DNA of 56,095 bases from a virus (Duplodnaviria > Caudoviricetes), in the IMG/VR virus record IMGVR_UViG_3300050035_000720, positions 1 through 56,095 of that record; one strand, given 5' to 3'. The translations under genes were made by a program, and so were the position numbers. Below, in pieces: positions 54,289 to 56,095 of this stretch (its first letter is position 1; every line of letters begins with the position of its first letter). The notes under the pieces are model-generated. The model made no database searches, was not told where the DNA came from, and was given only the letters and a program-made list of their open reading frames with translations.

Positions 54289-55559
54289 TCTTCATCCGCT
54301 CCCTTCACGGTTCCATCCTCGATCACATAGTCGCAGTCGCCATTGTCGCCTACAGTCTCAAGGAACACCTGGCAGTTTTGTTCGGTACAAATCTGATCGA
54401 TGATCGCCAAGCTTTCGGCATCGAAGAAGCTCCCATCATAAATAGGCACCCATCGGAGCTTCGGCTCACTGGCAAGATACAGCAAAACACCAGCGCGGAG
54501 CTTTTCAGCGGTGGACGCCTGTTCCAATGGAAATCCGTTCAACGTCACCACATCGCCGTCGATAGACAGTCCCGGCACTGGGAACACCACAGAAGCTAGT
54601 AGTTTGGCCTTTTTCCGGTCAATCTCTTCGATCTGTTTTGTCAGCCTTTCGGCTTCGTCGCGCTTTGCGGTGAAACGATTCATCGCCGACGCCTGCTCAT
54701 TGTTGGCTGACCGATGAGCTGCGCGTTCCCCGTTGATCTGCGAGATGTCGTTCATTTGAGCAACGAGACCAGACGTGTCTTTCATAGTGCGATCGGAGGC
54801 GTTAAACACAGCCGCAAACTCGTCAAGATCCGATTTGGCTGCTTTGTACTCACTAACAGCTTTCTCGTACTGCTCCTTCAGGCTGATAACGCGATCCTTT
54901 ATAGTGTCGAGATCGACAGTCTTTGCTTCCCACTCTCGGCACTTGTCTTTGAGTTTGTTATTGTGATCTTGCGCGTCCTGGACACTCTTCACCAGCTCGG
55001 TTATGGAAAGGTCAGTTTCAGGAACATCCGGCCAGACCGGCATTTCCTTCATTGCGCCTTCAAGGTCTTTCGCATCCCGATTGACCACGGTGCGAGTGTC
55101 AAACAATCGCTTTCGCTCGGCATCCAGCGGCCGCGTATCAATGCCTAGGATTTCCCGCAGCTTTTCCGCCTGGTCGGAAGGCTTCATCCTCACGAAGGCG
55201 GTGATGTCAGGCTTTTGGCCGTCAAACAGCGTAGAAAGCAGCCCTTGAGGCTTGTTAACCACGACGCCGCGCAAGTCCTTAACGACGAGCTTGGTATGGC
55301 CACCAGGCGTAAACTCCTTGCGGATCGTGTACTGATCGGTAACGATCTCAACATGGCCATGTTCAGTTCCTGCGCGCAAAGGCTGCGCGGGAGTATGCTT
55401 GTCACCGGCCAGGGCGGATATGATCGCATCCAGGACAGAGCTCTTGCCCTGTGCGTTGTTACCGCCTATTTTTGTCACCCCGATCGGTCTGGGTTCCATC
55501 CAAACCGCTTCGGCTCGCTTGAAATTTCGTACTTCGATGGTGATGATGTTATTGCTCAT
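54285..55559 (-). CDS. SbcC/SMC-like ABC ATPase with coiled coil
   Basis: NFKR, Walker A GNNAQGKSS, coiled coil, QASTAE signature, IYDGSFFD. Confidence 0.82.
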   Translation of the reverse strand: MSNNIITIEVRNFKRAEAVWMEPRPIGVTKIGGNNAQGKSSVLDAIISALAGDKHTPAQPLRAGTEHGHVEIVTDQYTIRKEFTPGGHTKLVVKDLRGVVVNKPQGLLSTLFDGQKPDITAFVRMKPSDQAEKLREILGIDTRPLDAERKRLFDTRTVVNRDAKDLEGAMKEMPVWPDVPETDLSITELVKSVQDAQDHNNKLKDKCREWEAKTVDLDTIKDRVISLKEQYEKAVSEYKAAKSDLDEFAAVFNASDRTMKDTSGLVAQMNDISQINGERAAHRSANNEQASAMNRFTAKRDEAERLTKQIEEIDRKKAKLLASVVFPVPGLSIDGDVVTLNGFPLEQASTAEKLRAGVLLYLASEPKLRWVPIYDGSFFDAESLAIIDQICTEQNCQVFLETVGDNGDCDYVIEDGTVKGADEE

Positions 55560-55876
55560 GATTGCGCCTCATCCTTCGTAGCCGGCGCATGAAAAACAAG
55601 CGCAAGCACATCGCATAATTGGGCGTGGATGCTTTCATTCAAGCAAACGAAATAACGCCGCCGCGCGTGGTTCTCATCGGTTGCGAAATATCCAAGACAT
55701 CGCTTCGACGCTTCCGCATGCGCTGCGCCCAGCGCTTTCACATAGTGCTCGTAACCCGGCCCGGCCAAGACGCCGAAACCACGGCTACTGCAAGCAAACC
55801 GGTTGATCATTTGCTGATCAATCTTAATGAGCGGGGATTGACCCGCTGCTGTCATACGTTCTATAATAGGGTTCAT
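55556..55876 (-). CDS. Hypothetical protein
   Basis: RBS AGAGGA; ATGA overlap with the ATPase gene. Confidence 0.6.
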   Translation of the reverse strand: MNPIIERMTAAGQSPLIKIDQQMINRFACSSRGFGVLAGPGYEHYVKALGAAHAEASKRCLGYFATDENHARRRYFVCLNESIHAQLCDVLALVFHAPATKDEAQS

Positions 55877-55900
55877 TCAATCATCCTCTGGTTGGGTAGT

Positions 55901-55929
55901 GAGCCCGGTGTTGCCGCCGGGCTCTTTTT
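55901..55929 (+). terminator. Terminator-like hairpin
   Basis: GAGCCCGG/CCGGGCTC stem followed by TTTTT on the + strand. Confidence 0.6.
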
Positions 55930-55933
55930 GTTG

Positions 55934-56095
55934 TCAGTCGCCGTAGCCGTCGCCGGAGCCGGAGCCGTCGCCGTAGCCGGAGCCGTAGCCGTAGCCGTCG
56001 CCGGAGCCGTAGCCGGAGCCGTCGCCGGAGCCGTCGCCGGAGCCGGCGAGTTAGACCTAGCCGGAGCCGGAGCGGGAGCCGGCGCCGGAGCGGGC
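55934..56095 (-). repeat. Hexamer repeat encoding a (G-[D/S/Y])n protein C-terminus; partial CDS
   Basis: GGC-TCC/GAC/TAC tandem codons ending in TGA at 55934; degenerates in the last ~50 bp. Confidence 0.75.

Larger units (their letters stand above)
1..56095. mobile_element. Temperate phage/prophage, podovirus-like, incomplete at the right end
   Basis: Integrase, terminase, portal, capsid, endolysin, primase-helicase and YqaJ/RecT genes in phage-like modular order; no host housekeeping genes seen. Confidence 0.95.

Noticed and set aside
181-55592. Many short antisense and out-of-frame ORFs in the supplied track
   Set aside because: They overlap well-supported genes, lack RBSs and recognisable motifs, and are expected shadow ORFs.
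55934-56095. CRISPR array or terminal repeat
   Set aside because: Hexameric coding repeat without spacers; the degenerate last ~50 bp probably reflect poor sequence at the contig end.
1-56095. Host assignment, CI repressor and att sites
   Set aside because: None can be supported from this window; they probably lie outside it.

Overview
The whole window is a temperate tailed phage or prophage genome, truncated on the right inside a Gly-rich repeat. No CI-like repressor or att site is visible. The + strand arm (1-5749) carries a tyrosine integrase, a LuxR-type HTH protein, a MazG-like pyrophosphatase, a Dam-type adenine methylase and small hypotheticals. The long - strand arm reads right to left through: recombination (AAA ATPase, YqaJ exonuclease, RecT-like); replication (PrimPol-D5 helicase, iteron origin, SF2 helicase, RusA); packaging and head (TerS, TerL, portal, scaffold, N4-gp56-type capsid); a podovirus-like tail and ejection module with no tube, sheath or tape measure; and lysis (GH108 endolysin). 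The most striking unannotated elements are: (i) a circularly permuted, YrlA/Y-RNA-like tRNA mimic at about 45151-45270, divergent from the predicted late promoter, with no Ro60 gene in the window; (ii) a second, degenerate tRNA-like RNA at 5783-5853 behind the same promoter motif; (iii) a 3259-aa polyvalent protein whose ParB, RNase-like, ADP-ribosyltransferase and metallopeptidase modules are separated by recurring L[FH]Q motifs; (iv) several repeated cis elements. All family assignments come from motifs recognised by eye; no database searches were run.
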